A stretch of DNA of 64,000 nucleotides from Alphaproteobacteria bacterium (GCA_965243135.1 OZ251539.1:2016001-2080000), one strand, 5' to 3'; numbered from the stretch's first letter, positions 1 through 9,263 are shown. Translations and numbers: made by a program. The notes: generated by a model from the sequence alone, not told the origin.

Positions 1-312
1 TCGCCCCGCACCAGATGGTACATGAACAGCCCGGTGTACGAGGCCCACTACGCGAGCGTCGTCCACAGCTGCTTGGAGGGCGTCGAGCCGGTGGCCGAGG
101 ACAGCGGCAGCCGGGGGCGCGCGGCGATCCGCGCCGGCGGGCGCGTCTACCTGTTCGAGTTCAAGGTGGTGGAGCGCGGGCGGGAGGGGACCGCGCTCGC
201 GCAGCTGCGGGAGAAGGGCTACGCGGACAAGTACCGCCGTCTCGGGCGTTCGGTCCACCTGGTGGAGTTCAGCCGCGAGGAGCGCAACGTCGTCGGCTGC
301 GAGGCCGCCTGA
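1..312 (+). pseudogene. 3' end of AAA-ATPase-like/PD-(D/E)XK (PDDEXK_9-type) nuclease gene, decayed and cut by the window edge
   Basis: YEAHYAS...GRVYLFEFKV...ALAQLREKGYADKY; near-identical to 1604-1945 but with six 6-nt deletions, one removing the D of GRADM. Confidence 0.85.
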
Positions 313-385
313 ACGGCTTCCCGTCAGCCGCCTCCGCGAAGGAACGCCGCCCGCAGCGCGGGACAGGCCTGCCGCCGCCGACTTC
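313..385 (+). repeat. ~75-bp intergenic direct repeat after AAA/PD-(D/E)XK genes (copy 1; copy 2 at 1946-2020)
   Basis: acggcttcccg...gccgcctccgcgaa.gaacgccgcccgcagcgcgggacaggcctgccgccgccgacttc follows both stop codons. Confidence 0.9.
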
Positions 386-414
386 TTGACGGTTCCGGCG
401 CGGCGGCCTAATCT
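386..414 (+). promoter_or_regulatory. sigma70-type promoter, probably giving a leaderless mRNA
   Basis: TTGACG (386-391), 17-nt spacer, TAATCT (409-414), ATG 6 nt later, no SD; near-identical element upstream of the paralog at 53906-53934. Confidence 0.7.
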
Positions 415-420
415 CTTCCG

Positions 421-1945
421 ATGGCGAAACGCATGCTTCCGATCGGCTTGACCTCCCTCCGGAAAATCCGGACGAAAGACTGCTACTACGTCGACAAGAC
501 GGACCATGTGCGCCGCCTCGTCGAAGAGGGCGATTACTATTTCCTGTCGCGTCCGCGCCGGTTCGGCAAGACCCTGCTGGTGGACACGCTGCAGGAGTTG
601 TTCGAAGGAAGCGAGGAACTGTTCCGGGGCCTCGCCGTGCACGGCAGGTGGGACTGGTCGATACGTCATCCTGTCGTGCGGCTGGATTTCGGCGGGGGCG
701 ATTTCGGCGACCCGGACGGAGTTCGGGAAGAAACGGAATCGCAACTGAAGGCGGCGGAGAGGCGGGCCGGCATCGAGCCGGGCAGCGCCAGAGTTTCGGT
801 CCGCTTCCGGGAACTGATCGCGGACCTGCACGAACGCACCGGGCAGCGGGCGGTGGTTCTGGTGGACGAATACGACAAGCCGATCCTGGACGCGCTCGGC
901 GACCGGGAGCTGGCGCGGGCCAACCGCGACTTCCTGCGCAGCCTGTACGGGGTGATCAAGGCCTGCGACAGGCATCTCCGTTTCGTTTTCCTGACGGGGG
1001 TGAGCAAGTTATCAGGCCTGTTCTCGGGCCTGAACAACCTGAACGACATCACGCTGGACGAGCGCTACGGCGACATCTGCGGTTACACCGAAGCGGAGCT
1101 GGACGCGGTCTTCGCCCCGGAGATCGAGGGCCTGGACCGGGACGAAATCCGCCGCTGGTACAACGGCTACAACTGGCTCGGACCGGAGAAGGTCTACAAC
1201 CCGTTCGGCCTCCTGCTGCTGTTCGACAAACGCAAGTTCGGCAACTACTGGTTCCATAGCGGCACGCCGACCTTCCTGGTCGAGACGCTGGCGCGCCGCG
1301 ACCTGCCCACTCCCGACCTGGACGGCATGATCGGCAGCGAGAGCCTGCTCTCGACCTTCGACGTGGACAATATCTCGGTCGAGGCGCTTCTGTTCCAGAC
1401 CGGCTACCTCACCATCGCCGGCGAGGAGGACGGGCGCTACAAGCTGGACTACCCGAACCTCGAGGTGCGCCGGAGCCTGGGCGAGGCCCTGCTGGGAGAA
1501 CTGCTCCCGGTCGAGGCGCGCAAGAAGACGGCGCGCCTGCGGCTGGGCGAACTGCTGGAAGCGAACGACTTCGAGCGCCTCGGAACCCTGTTCCGCGGCG
1601 TCTTCGCCGCCATCCCGCACCAATGGTACGCGACCAGCCCGGTCGCGAAGTACGAGGCCCACTACGCGAGCGTCCAGCTGCTTCCTGATGGAGGGCTTCG
1701 AGCCGGTGGCCGAGGACAGCGGCAGCCGGGGGCGCGCCGACATGGCGATCCGCGCCGGCGGGCGCGTCTACCTGTTCGAGTTCAAGGTGGTGGAGCGCGG
1801 GCGGGAGGGGACCGCGCTCGCGCAGTTGCGGGAGAAGGGCTGCGCGGACAAGTACCGCCACCTCGGGCGTTCGGTCCACCTGATCGGGGTGGAGTTCAGC
1901 CGCGAGGAGCGCAACGTCGTCGGGTTCGATTGCGAAACCGCCTGA
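421..1945 (+). pseudogene. AAA-ATPase-like domain plus C-terminal PD-(D/E)XK nuclease, frameshifted near 1675
   Basis: YYVDKT, SRPRRFGKT (Walker A), VLVDEYDKP (Walker B); nuclease tail continues in another frame (1688-1945); 5 nt missing relative to the upstream copy. Confidence 0.88.
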
Positions 1946-2020
1946 ACGGCTTCCCGACACGGCCGCCTCCGCGAAAGAACGCCGCCCGCAGCGCGGGACA
2001 GGCCTGCCGCCGCCGACTTC
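1946..2020 (+). repeat. second copy of the post-gene repeat, cut just before the -35 box by an IS end
   Basis: matches 313-385, then switches to TGTCAAGAAC at 2021. Confidence 0.85.
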
Positions 2021-2400
2021 TGTCAAGAACATTTTGAACTGGTAAGTGCCAAATTAATTGACCGCTTCCGTTGTGGTGGTTGGGCCTGTGGGGAAGTGGT
2101 CAGGCGCGAAGCGGCTGTCCACGCCTCCGGCGCGTCGAAGCGGGTCACGCGGCCTGCCGGGTTGCGGTCGGAGACCCGTCGGCCTGGTAGAGAGCGAGGC
2201 GTCTGGGGCCGTGGAAGACGGCAAGGGTATGGTCGGGGTACTCGTGGACCCGGACCCTGGCCTTGACGTAGTGGTGACGGTCGGCCTGCAGGGTGCGTCC
2301 CTTGTACTGCACCGTGTTGTCGTTCGAGACGGTCCTCGTGGACGCAGAGGATGTCGTCCAGGCCGCCGGCGAAGGGCACGAAGGCCGACCCCCTCGGGCG
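2021..2400 (-). mobile_element. ISNCY/IS1202-like element remnant (transposase C-terminus and downstream end)
   Basis: frameshifted GSAFVPFAGGLDDILCVHED / VSNDNTVQYKGRTLQ..HHYVKARVRVHEYPDHTLAVFHGPRRLA; terminus TGTCAAG at 2021. Confidence 0.75.
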
Positions 2401-2407
2401 GGGTCGC

Positions 2408-2888
2408 GAAGCGCCGGCCGCGCGCGCGAAGTCAACGAGGCTTCGGCGCCCCTGGAGGGCGGCTTTCGCTGTCCGGCGCCGTCCGGCTTCTCTGCGCGCC
2501 GAGCACGGCGAGACTCCACCCGTCGAGCCTTCCCTTGGCCACCCGTTCGCCAAGTTTGGACACCTCGCCGCGGAGCGACGCGACATCGGCTCGCAGCGAA
2601 GTGAAATCGCGGCGCAATCCCGCGATGCTTTCGTTCGTGGACGTCCGCGACGCCTCCAATCTCTCGTTCATGTCCATGCGCAACACTGCGATTTCCCTGC
2701 TCGTAGCCATGCGTCCTTCCAACGCGGCCAGCGCAATCCCGACTCCGAGTATGGTCCGCAATTCCGTCTTCATCGTTCCGTACCTCCGGGACGCCCCCGG
2801 CAGCCTCTCGCCGGAGCCGGTTGCAGCCTCAAGCTCCTCTTCCGCCCGACCAGCTGCAACCGGCGGAATAGCAGGAATCGCTCCCGAG
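2408..2888. repeat. segmental duplication, copy 1 (copy 2 at 6133-6723)
   Basis: near identity from gaagcgccggccgcgc to atcgctcccgag, covering the CDS and upstream region. Confidence 0.9.
2432..2773 (-). CDS. small N-terminally membrane-anchored coiled-coil protein (short paralog of 6157-6609)
   Basis: MKTELRTILGVGIALAALEGR..., GGAGG SD; one 11-aa repeat unit; two 6-nt deletions versus the paralog. Confidence 0.65.
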   Translation of the reverse strand: MKTELRTILGVGIALAALEGRMATSREIAVLRMDMNERLEASRTSTNESIAGLRRDFTSLRADVASLRGEVSKLGERVAKGRLDGWSLAVLGAQRSRTAPDSESRPPGAPKPR

Positions 2889-3132
2889 GCCTTGCGCCTC
2901 CGCCGCCTGCCGATCTTTGCCTCCGGCATCCACGAGGCGCCGTCCGCCGCTGTCGACGGAATTCGGGAACCTCTCCGACGAGAACGAGCCGGGGACCTCC
3001 CTCCCTGCCCGTGCCCCGTGGACTATCCTCCGTCCTCAAGCTCCCGGAAACGAGCCCTGGCGGCGAGTTGAACGTAGCCGTTCCGCTTCCGCGCCTGGCG
3101 GGTTGCGCTTGAAATGCCCTCCGAGGCGCGCG

Positions 3133-3310
3133 GGCGGCAAGGAGTTCGCGGCCCGCAAGAAGGTCGCGGAAGCTGCATCGTTTTTCTTCGCTCGACCGCG
3201 CCGACGACGCGGGCTGAACGAGCGCGCCAACGGGACGGTCCGCCCGCGCTTTCCGAAGACGGCCGACCTCCGCAAGGCGGGCCTTGCGGACATCGAGGAT
3301 CTGCGCGGCC
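3133..3310 (+). pseudogene. IS30-family transposase C-terminal remnant
   Basis: GGKEFAARKKVAEAASFFFARPRRRRGLNERANGTVRPRFPKTADLR resembles IS30 DNGKEF...[26 protein letters not shown]. Confidence 0.7.
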
Positions 3311-3545
3311 CCGCCGCTGCGGCGCTCGCAGGGCTCCGCCCGGAAAATTACGGAACCGCAAGCCGCTCTTGCCGCGGCCGCCTCGACGCCGCCCTGCCGA
3401 CGAGCCGCCGGGCGAAGGGCGGTCCGCAACAGTCCGGCGCCCGGGAGGGAGACGCGCGTCGCGGCGATTCGTCCGTCGGCAACGACGGCTCCCGCAAAGG
3501 GCCTGTCGCCCCCTGGCGGGGTCGCTGCGGCGCAAACGCCTCTCG

Positions 3546-4160
3546 TTACAGGAGCTTGACCAGGATGGCGACGAGCCCGACGGTGGCCGTGCCGGCGCCG
3601 AGGGCGGTGCTGATAGCGATGCGGAGGATTTTGCTTTCGAGTCCCGAGATCCCGGCGTCGATCTTGGCCTCTATCTTGGCCTCTATCTTGGCGCTCTCGG
3701 ACTTGATTTCGCCGCGGAGCAGATCCGCGGTCTTGTCGATCTTGCCGTCGATCTGCGCAATGTCGGACTTGAAGTCGCCGCGGAGCTGCGCAATGTCGGA
3801 CTTGAAGTCGCCGCGAAGCTGCGCCGCGGTCTTGTCGAGTTTGACTTCGAGCTGCGCAATGTCGGACTTGAAGTCGCCGCGAAGCTGCGCCGCGGTCTTG
3901 TCGATCTTGCCGTCGAGTTTGACTTCGAGCTGCGCTATTTCGGACTTGAAGCCGCCGCGAAGTTGCGCCGCGGTGCTGTCGATCTTGGCGTCGAGCCTGG
4001 AGATGTCGCCTTTGAGATCGCCGATGTCCAGCTTTGTCGCGACGCCTTCGGTGAGAGCGTCTCCAGTCATGACGACGACGGCGTCGGCTTGATTCTCGGG
4101 AAATCCGGCCGCCGTGAGAGCCTGTTTGGCGCGGAGCGTGTCGAAGGCGACTGCAGGCAT
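3546..4160 (-). CDS. DUF1640/CCDC90-like coiled-coil protein with C-terminal membrane anchor
   Basis: head motif FDTLRAKQALTAAGFPENQADAVV, neck VATKLDI, repetitive stalk, hydrophobic C-terminus; GGAGGA SD before ATG 4160. Confidence 0.85.
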   Translation of the reverse strand: MPAVAFDTLRAKQALTAAGFPENQADAVVVMTGDALTEGVATKLDIGDLKGDISRLDAKIDSTAAQLRGGFKSEIAQLEVKLDGKIDKTAAQLRGDFKSDIAQLEVKLDKTAAQLRGDFKSDIAQLRGDFKSDIAQIDGKIDKTADLLRGEIKSESAKIEAKIEAKIDAGISGLESKILRIAISTALGAGTATVGLVAILVKLL

Positions 4161-4222
4161 GGCTTCCTCCTGAAGACTAAGCGAGGTCGAGACGTCCGGC
4201 GACAATCTCCCGAACCGGGCGG

Positions 4223-4251
4223 AGAATGCGCGAAAACGCTCCTCCGGTCAA
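4223..4251 (-). promoter_or_regulatory. putative sigma70 promoter of the DUF1640 gene
   Basis: TTGACC-N17-CATTCT on the minus strand. Confidence 0.45.
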
Positions 4252-4575
4252 CCCGCTGATAGGGAAACCGCGAAGAAGCCGCTCAAGAGCCCGCCCTCGA
4301 CGCCGGAAACTTCGTCGCAGCCGAGGCGGCGGCAACGCAGGGGCCGACCGTCCGGCGGTCCAGCGGCGCGGCGCAAGGGCGGCCGCGGAAGGCGACCCGG
4401 CAGGGCGAAGCGGCCGGCAAGCTGGCGTGGCGGCAGGAGCCGGGGTGCCCGCGCGGCGGGTTCGCGGTCAACGGACCTACCGGCGCACGGAGGACGACAA
4501 GAAGTCGGCGGCACTCCTGGCGAAGCGGCGGGAAGCGCCGCGCCCGCGTCGGGTGGACATGCCTCCGAAGGCCGG

Positions 4576-4686
4576 TCATTTCCTCTTGGGCGGGTTGTTG
4601 TCCCGGCCGCCGCCGGACGGCCCGCCGTCCTTGGTTTTGGTGGGCCAACCGGCGCCCTGCTTCCCGCCGCCGCCTTGTTTCGCCAT
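4576..4686 (-). CDS. 36-aa Gly/Lys/Pro-rich small protein MAKQGGGGKQGAGWPTKTKDGGPSGGGRDNNPPKRK
   Basis: open frame translated by hand; purine-rich SD (AGGAAGGAG) directly upstream; below the ORF-track size cut-off. Confidence 0.55.
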   Translation of the reverse strand: MAKQGGGGKQGAGWPTKTKDGGPSGGGRDNNPPKRK

Positions 4687-6156
4687 GGCTCCTTCCTATT
4701 CGGTCTCGTCGCGAGAGAACTCTCGCCATGAAACATATGCCCGGAACGCGATGCAACCCTCGCGAGCCGACCGCCGGACCCGAAACCATCCCCGGTCCAA
4801 CGCCCTCTGGCCGCTCGCCGCCGTCTTCCAGTTTCCGGCGTCCGCCGCCGAGACTTGGCATCGCCTGCGCGCCGCCTGTGCGCCGTAAAGGTTTTGCTGA
4901 ACTCCGGCCGGCCGGTTCGCTACGGCGCCCGGCATGGAAATCCGGAATCTTGGTTCGGCAAAGCCTCCGGGACGATTTCGTGCGCTTGCAGGGGTTGCTG
5001 GCGAACGAGGTCTTCGCCTGCCGCAGCGAGGCCGCGCGTGCGCAACGTTCGGGTTTCGGGACGGACTTGGCCGCCTGCAGCGAGCGGGCTGCCTGAAGGC
5101 GTCGGCGGAACTTCGGGGCGGCGTGCGCTGCCGTCGCCGACGCGGGATGGCGCGCGGCGTCCGCGGCGCCTTGCGGAGCCGGTTCCTCCGCCGAAGAGCG
5201 CGCCGGAGGGAGCGGTCGAGGGTCTGGAGCCGGCGCCGGGCATCGCCGGTTGTGGAACGAGGCCGCCTGCACCGCCTGCGCGCGAACCGTCGGCGGCGCA
5301 GTTGGCGGGCTGCCGGTTGCGTCGCGGGGCTGGCCGGGGGCTGTCGGGTTCGCGGCGTCGGCGCGCAGGCTCGCGTGTCGCGACCGTCGGCTGGGGCGAC
5401 GACAGGCGGCGCGCTTGTTCGCGCCGGGTCGTGTGCCCGTCGCGGTTCCTGGCCCGGGCGCCGCATGTGTTGAGCGGCGCGGTCCGCAGGGTGGGGCGCG
5501 CTACGGCTGCCGCCCGTCCGGAGACCTTCGTAGTGCGGGATCGAGCTTTCGGGCGCCGGACCCTGCGCGCGCTGCTGGGCCGCGGCGCCCGAAGAAATCG
5601 CCGACGGCGTTCGCTTCGTCCTTTCGGCGCCGTCGATAACGGGCAATCGCGCTCGGCGGCGGCCCGTTCCGCGGGCGACCCCGGAGCGGCGGCATGTCCG
5701 CCGCGACGCCGCGGACGGAAGCCGTTCGCGGGCGTTCCGCGACGGAAAGCGCGCGCAGGGTCTTCGTGAACGCTCTCGTTCCGCTCGCCGTCGCGAACGC
5801 GACGGCGCGCAACGGGTAAACCTGGAGGTCGGAGAGGCGGCCCGGACACGCTGTCGAACGTGCCGTGCCGCGAGCGGCTCGCCGCCAGGGCGCGAAAGCG
5901 GCCGTGTACGTCGATCCGGTCGAGACGCTCGCCGGGCGGATAGCCTCGCTGCGCCTGGAAGAATCGGAGGTCGCGGCGGCGAAGCTGCGGGTCGAAAAGC
6001 TGGACGTTTTCGCCGACGCGGCCAGCGTCGGGGCTCGCGAAGAAAGCGACCGGACGGCGCCGGACGTTCGCAACCGGTCCGCGTTTCGCCGCGAGGGCGA
6101 CGGCCCCGTTCTTTTTTCGGGACGCGGTTCCGGAAGCGCCGGCCGCGCACGCGAAG

Positions 6157-6609
6157 TCAACGAGGCTTCGGCTCCCCTGGAGGGCGGCTTTCGCCGTCCG
6201 GCGCCGTCCGGCTTCTCTGCGCGCCGAGCACGGCGAGACTCCACCCGTCGAGCCTTCCCTCGATATTGGCCACCCGTTCGCCAAGTTTGGACACCTCGCC
6301 ACGGAGCGACGCGACATCGGCTCGCAGCGAAGTGAAATCTTGGCGCAATCCCGCGATGCTTTCGTTCGTCGATATGCGCAATGCCTCAATGCTCTCGTTC
6401 GTCGATATGCGCAATCCCGCGATGCTTTCGTTCGTCGATATGCGCAATGCCTCAATGCTCTCGTTCGTGGACGCCCGCGACGCCTCGAATCTCTCGTTCA
6501 TGTCCATGCGCAACACTGCGATTTCCCTGCTCGTAGCCATGCGTCCTTCCACGATCAACGCAGCCAGCGCAATCCCGACGCCGAGTATGGTCCACAATTC
6601 CGTCTTCAT
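6157..6609 (-). CDS. N-terminally anchored coiled-coil protein with four 11-aa repeats
   Basis: TM-like WTILGVGIALAALIV then alternating STNESIEALRI / STNESIAGLRI; GGAGG SD. Confidence 0.7.
   Translation of the reverse strand: MKTELWTILGVGIALAALIVEGRMATSREIAVLRMDMNERFEASRASTNESIEALRISTNESIAGLRISTNESIEALRISTNESIAGLRQDFTSLRADVASLRGEVSKLGERVANIEGRLDGWSLAVLGAQRSRTAPDGESRPPGEPKPR
6343..6474. repeat. 4 x 33-bp coding tandem repeat in A-B-A-B order
   Basis: gcgcaatcccgcgatgctttcgttcgtcgatat alternates with gcgcaatgcctcaatgctctcgttcgtcgatat. Confidence 0.92.
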
Positions 6610-7185
6610 CGTTCCGTACCTCCGGGACGCCCCGGCAGCCTCTCGCCGGAGCCAGTTGCAGCCTCAAACTCCTCTTCCGCCCGACCAGCTGCAACGGACA
6701 AAATAGCAGGAATCGCTCCCGAGCGCCTGACAAATGCGCCCAGGCCTCGCTATTTTTTTTGCGTCGCACCGCGCTGGCCCCAACCGGTGGACCGGACATG
6801 CCTGCGGCTTGGCCACGGCGGTCTTTGGTGCCATTTTCGTTGTGTAACCAACCACGAACCGCAGACCACGCAAAACCGTTCCGCGAGATTTTTTCGCGGC
6901 GGCGCTCGCCGTTCGAGAGGAGCGTGACGCCGAGGGCTGTCCCGTGTCGCCCTGTCTTCACGCCGCGCCGCCCGAACGCAAAACGGTTATGTCGGGCCGG
7001 GAGAACCACGCCCAAGGCACATACTACGGGGCGAACAGGCGCCGAGCGTTGGGGGCAGGGAGAGGGAGAAGCGGAGAAGAGAGGGGGTCGGCGCCACGTC
7101 GGCGAGGCGTCAAGGCAGGAGAATGGCCCCCTTTTGGCGGTCGAGCGGTCCGCGTAGCTTGCGCGACGCCGTCGAAAGCCCTGTG

Positions 7186-7614
7186 AACGCGCAGGCGACG
7201 TTGGTCGCATTGTTTGCGGGGCCGAAGCCGACGCTGAACTGCGAGTCGTCTTCCCGGAAGTTGACGTCGCGCGGGTTCTTGTTCTCGACGCTCCAGTGTC
7301 CACGGTTGAAGGCGAGCGATTCCCTGGCGTCAGCCTCGGCCAGGGAGGTGATGCCGTAGGCGTGTTGTTTGTATGCCGGTCTTCATAATCTCCCGTTCGC
7401 GGGTAACGCGGAATATCTGCTTGACGTGAGGGTAGCGCGCCCGGGAGGGGCCTGACGACGTGGCGTTGAACGCCCGTGGGCGGGGTCGGCTTCCTCGGAA
7501 AAACCGGCGTCCGCTTCCCAGTTTATCGTCTCCAGATGTTTGCACGTCTCGGGCGAGTTGCCCTTGCAAGAGGGAATCGGGCGTTTCGACGCCGGCGGTA
7601 TCCTTGGTCGTGTG
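7186..7614 (-). pseudogene. ISAs1-family transposase remnant, 3' part
   Basis: KGNSPET...HGR, YPHVKQIFRVTRER, YGITSL, RGHWSVENKN-PRDVNFREDDS...GPANNAT across frameshifts. Confidence 0.75.
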
Positions 7615-9263
7615 CAGAAATTCCCGCTAAGGTGGCCGCCCTTTGCGAAAGGCGCGTCGAGATAGCGTCGTTACCGAGGGACCAGCCGCCGCGACGCACC
7701 TTCCCCGCTTCGGCTTGGTGCCGACTTAGCCTTGACCATCCTGTTTCCCCTGAAAAACTTGCTTTAGCACATTCGGTCACGGTGCCAGGTCAGGAGGTGT
7801 CGTAGGGAATTCCCTCTGCTTTCCGGTATCCAAACGCGATCATTCGGTAGAGTGTTTCCCAGTCCTTCAAGAAGTATTCGAGAAACAATCCCCGCGCCTT
7901 TTCCCAGAAGTAAATGGGCCGCTTGGCCTTCGTTTGCGCCTGTTGGAACAGTTTGCAACATCGCTGTTGAATCTGGTCAATCAGGAACGCCAGCATCATC
8001 AGGAACGCAAAGACCGTCGACAGATTCTTGTTACCGTGACCGAAGTTGTGCTCAAAGCAGTAGCCTTGGTTCTTCAGGGTGTTGAAAGTTTCGTTCTCGA
8101 TCTTCCAGCGCGCCCGCCCGGTGCGCATCAACTCCATCAGGTTCCCTTCGTCAATTGGCAGATCCGTGACCCAGGAGAAACGTTGTTTCTTGCCGTTTGG
8201 GAGCTTCTCCCAGTATTCGAGAAAGTTCACTTTGAGGTCGAAGTGCGTATCGTTCAGAGGCACTCCGTTAAGATACCGGAATTCGTGCCGTATGTTGTCA
8301 CCGTCCGTGAACTCCCGGCGCTCCACGGACGGCGCGTTGTTGACCCACTCGAACAGGAACTTGTGGTCGCCGGGCTTCGCCCCCAGTATGAAACGCATGT
8401 CTAACTCCTTGAGAAGATTGGCATGCGGTCCGTTCGAGGCCAGCCCATCTTCCAACACAACCAGCTTCAGGTGCGGGTGTTCGCGACGCACATCTTTCAG
8501 AAGCCGTTTCGCTGCGTTGCGTTCGCAATCGTTCTTTTTTGCGCCGTCTTCCTTCAGGATCGGTTCCGGTGCAAACGGAAAAACCTCCTTTTGTTCCGGA
8601 TGCACCAGAACGGCTCCCAACATCTGGTGGTAGTAGGTAATCGTACCGTCGCGGTGGTGTTTCTCGCAGCAATTTTTACAGTGCACCTTGTCCGACGAGA
8701 AGTATCCCGTTCCATCGATCGAAAGAGCGTAATGCCCGTTCAGACAAGTGTATTCTTCCAATCCCTTGCCTCGTTGCAAAACCTGGAACATCTTCGTGAA
8801 ACAACGCCGCAATTGCCGCGGACAGACTTCGTCAAGCCGTTCGCGCATCGCAGTGTCCGACGGCACGCGCTTGACGCCGTATAAGGTCGCGAGGTTGTGC
8901 CGAACCACTTCGTCGGCGTGCGCGGCCTCGTCGAATTGCAGAAGCGACGCATACTTCATACCGAACACCGCTAGACCCGACATCAGACAGTCCGTCTGGT
9001 TCAGCCCCCTGCTCGCGATCGGATCTTCGATACGGTCGAAACAAGCTCGCACTTCCTTCAGCAATCCCGGAGCGCTGAGCGTCTTGCGCATGCCTGGCAT
9101 TCTGGCCATTTTGGTTACAATCCCGCCTCGCCTTCGGACCACTTTCCAGAGAAAAATGCTCCGCTCGAAGGCAAATAGCCCCGAATCACCTCGAAAAGTC
9201 CACGAAAGACTTTTTTCCGGCCCCATATTTTTCAAGGGTTTCGAGCCTTAGCGGGAATTGCTG
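7615..9263 (-). mobile_element. complete insertion sequence with 18-bp imperfect terminal inverted repeats and 9-bp target-site duplication
   Basis: CAGAAATTCCCGCTAAGG (7615-7632) / CCTTAGCGGGAATTGCTG (9246-9263); GGTCGTGTG at 7606-7614 and 9264-9272; visibly lower GC than the flanks. Confidence 0.92.
7790..9109 (-). CDS. DDE transposase (IS4-superfamily fold, ISNCY-like), intact
   Basis: SIDGTGYF, LEDGL, GRARWKIENETFNTLKNQGY motifs; start placed at MARMPG (9109). Confidence 0.9.
   Translation of the reverse strand: MARMPGMRKTLSAPGLLKEVRACFDRIEDPIASRGLNQTDCLMSGLAVFGMKYASLLQFDEAAHADEVVRHNLATLYGVKRVPSDTAMRERLDEVCPRQLRRCFTKMFQVLQRGKGLEEYTCLNGHYALSIDGTGYFSSDKVHCKNCCEKHHRDGTITYYHQMLGAVLVHPEQKEVFPFAPEPILKEDGAKKNDCERNAAKRLLKDVRREHPHLKLVVLEDGLASNGPHANLLKELDMRFILGAKPGDHKFLFEWVNNAPSVERREFTDGDNIRHEFRYLNGVPLNDTHFDLKVNFLEYWEKLPNGKKQRFSWVTDLPIDEGNLMELMRTGRARWKIENETFNTLKNQGYCFEHNFGHGNKNLSTVFAFLMMLAFLIDQIQQRCCKLFQQAQTKAKRPIYFWEKARGLFLEYFLKDWETLYRMIAFGYRKAEGIPYDTS

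Noticed and set aside
313-385. Integron attC sites between the nuclease genes
   Set aside because: No clear RYYYAAC...GTTRRRY boxes and no IntI in the window.
4700-6130. Several long overlapping ORFs
   Set aside because: Low-complexity Arg/Pro/Ala translations with no recognisable motifs; probably decayed DNA that I cannot assign.
6343-6474. Possible CRISPR array (33-bp periodicity)
   Set aside because: Units are contiguous with no unique spacers, are in-frame coding repeats, and no cas genes are present.
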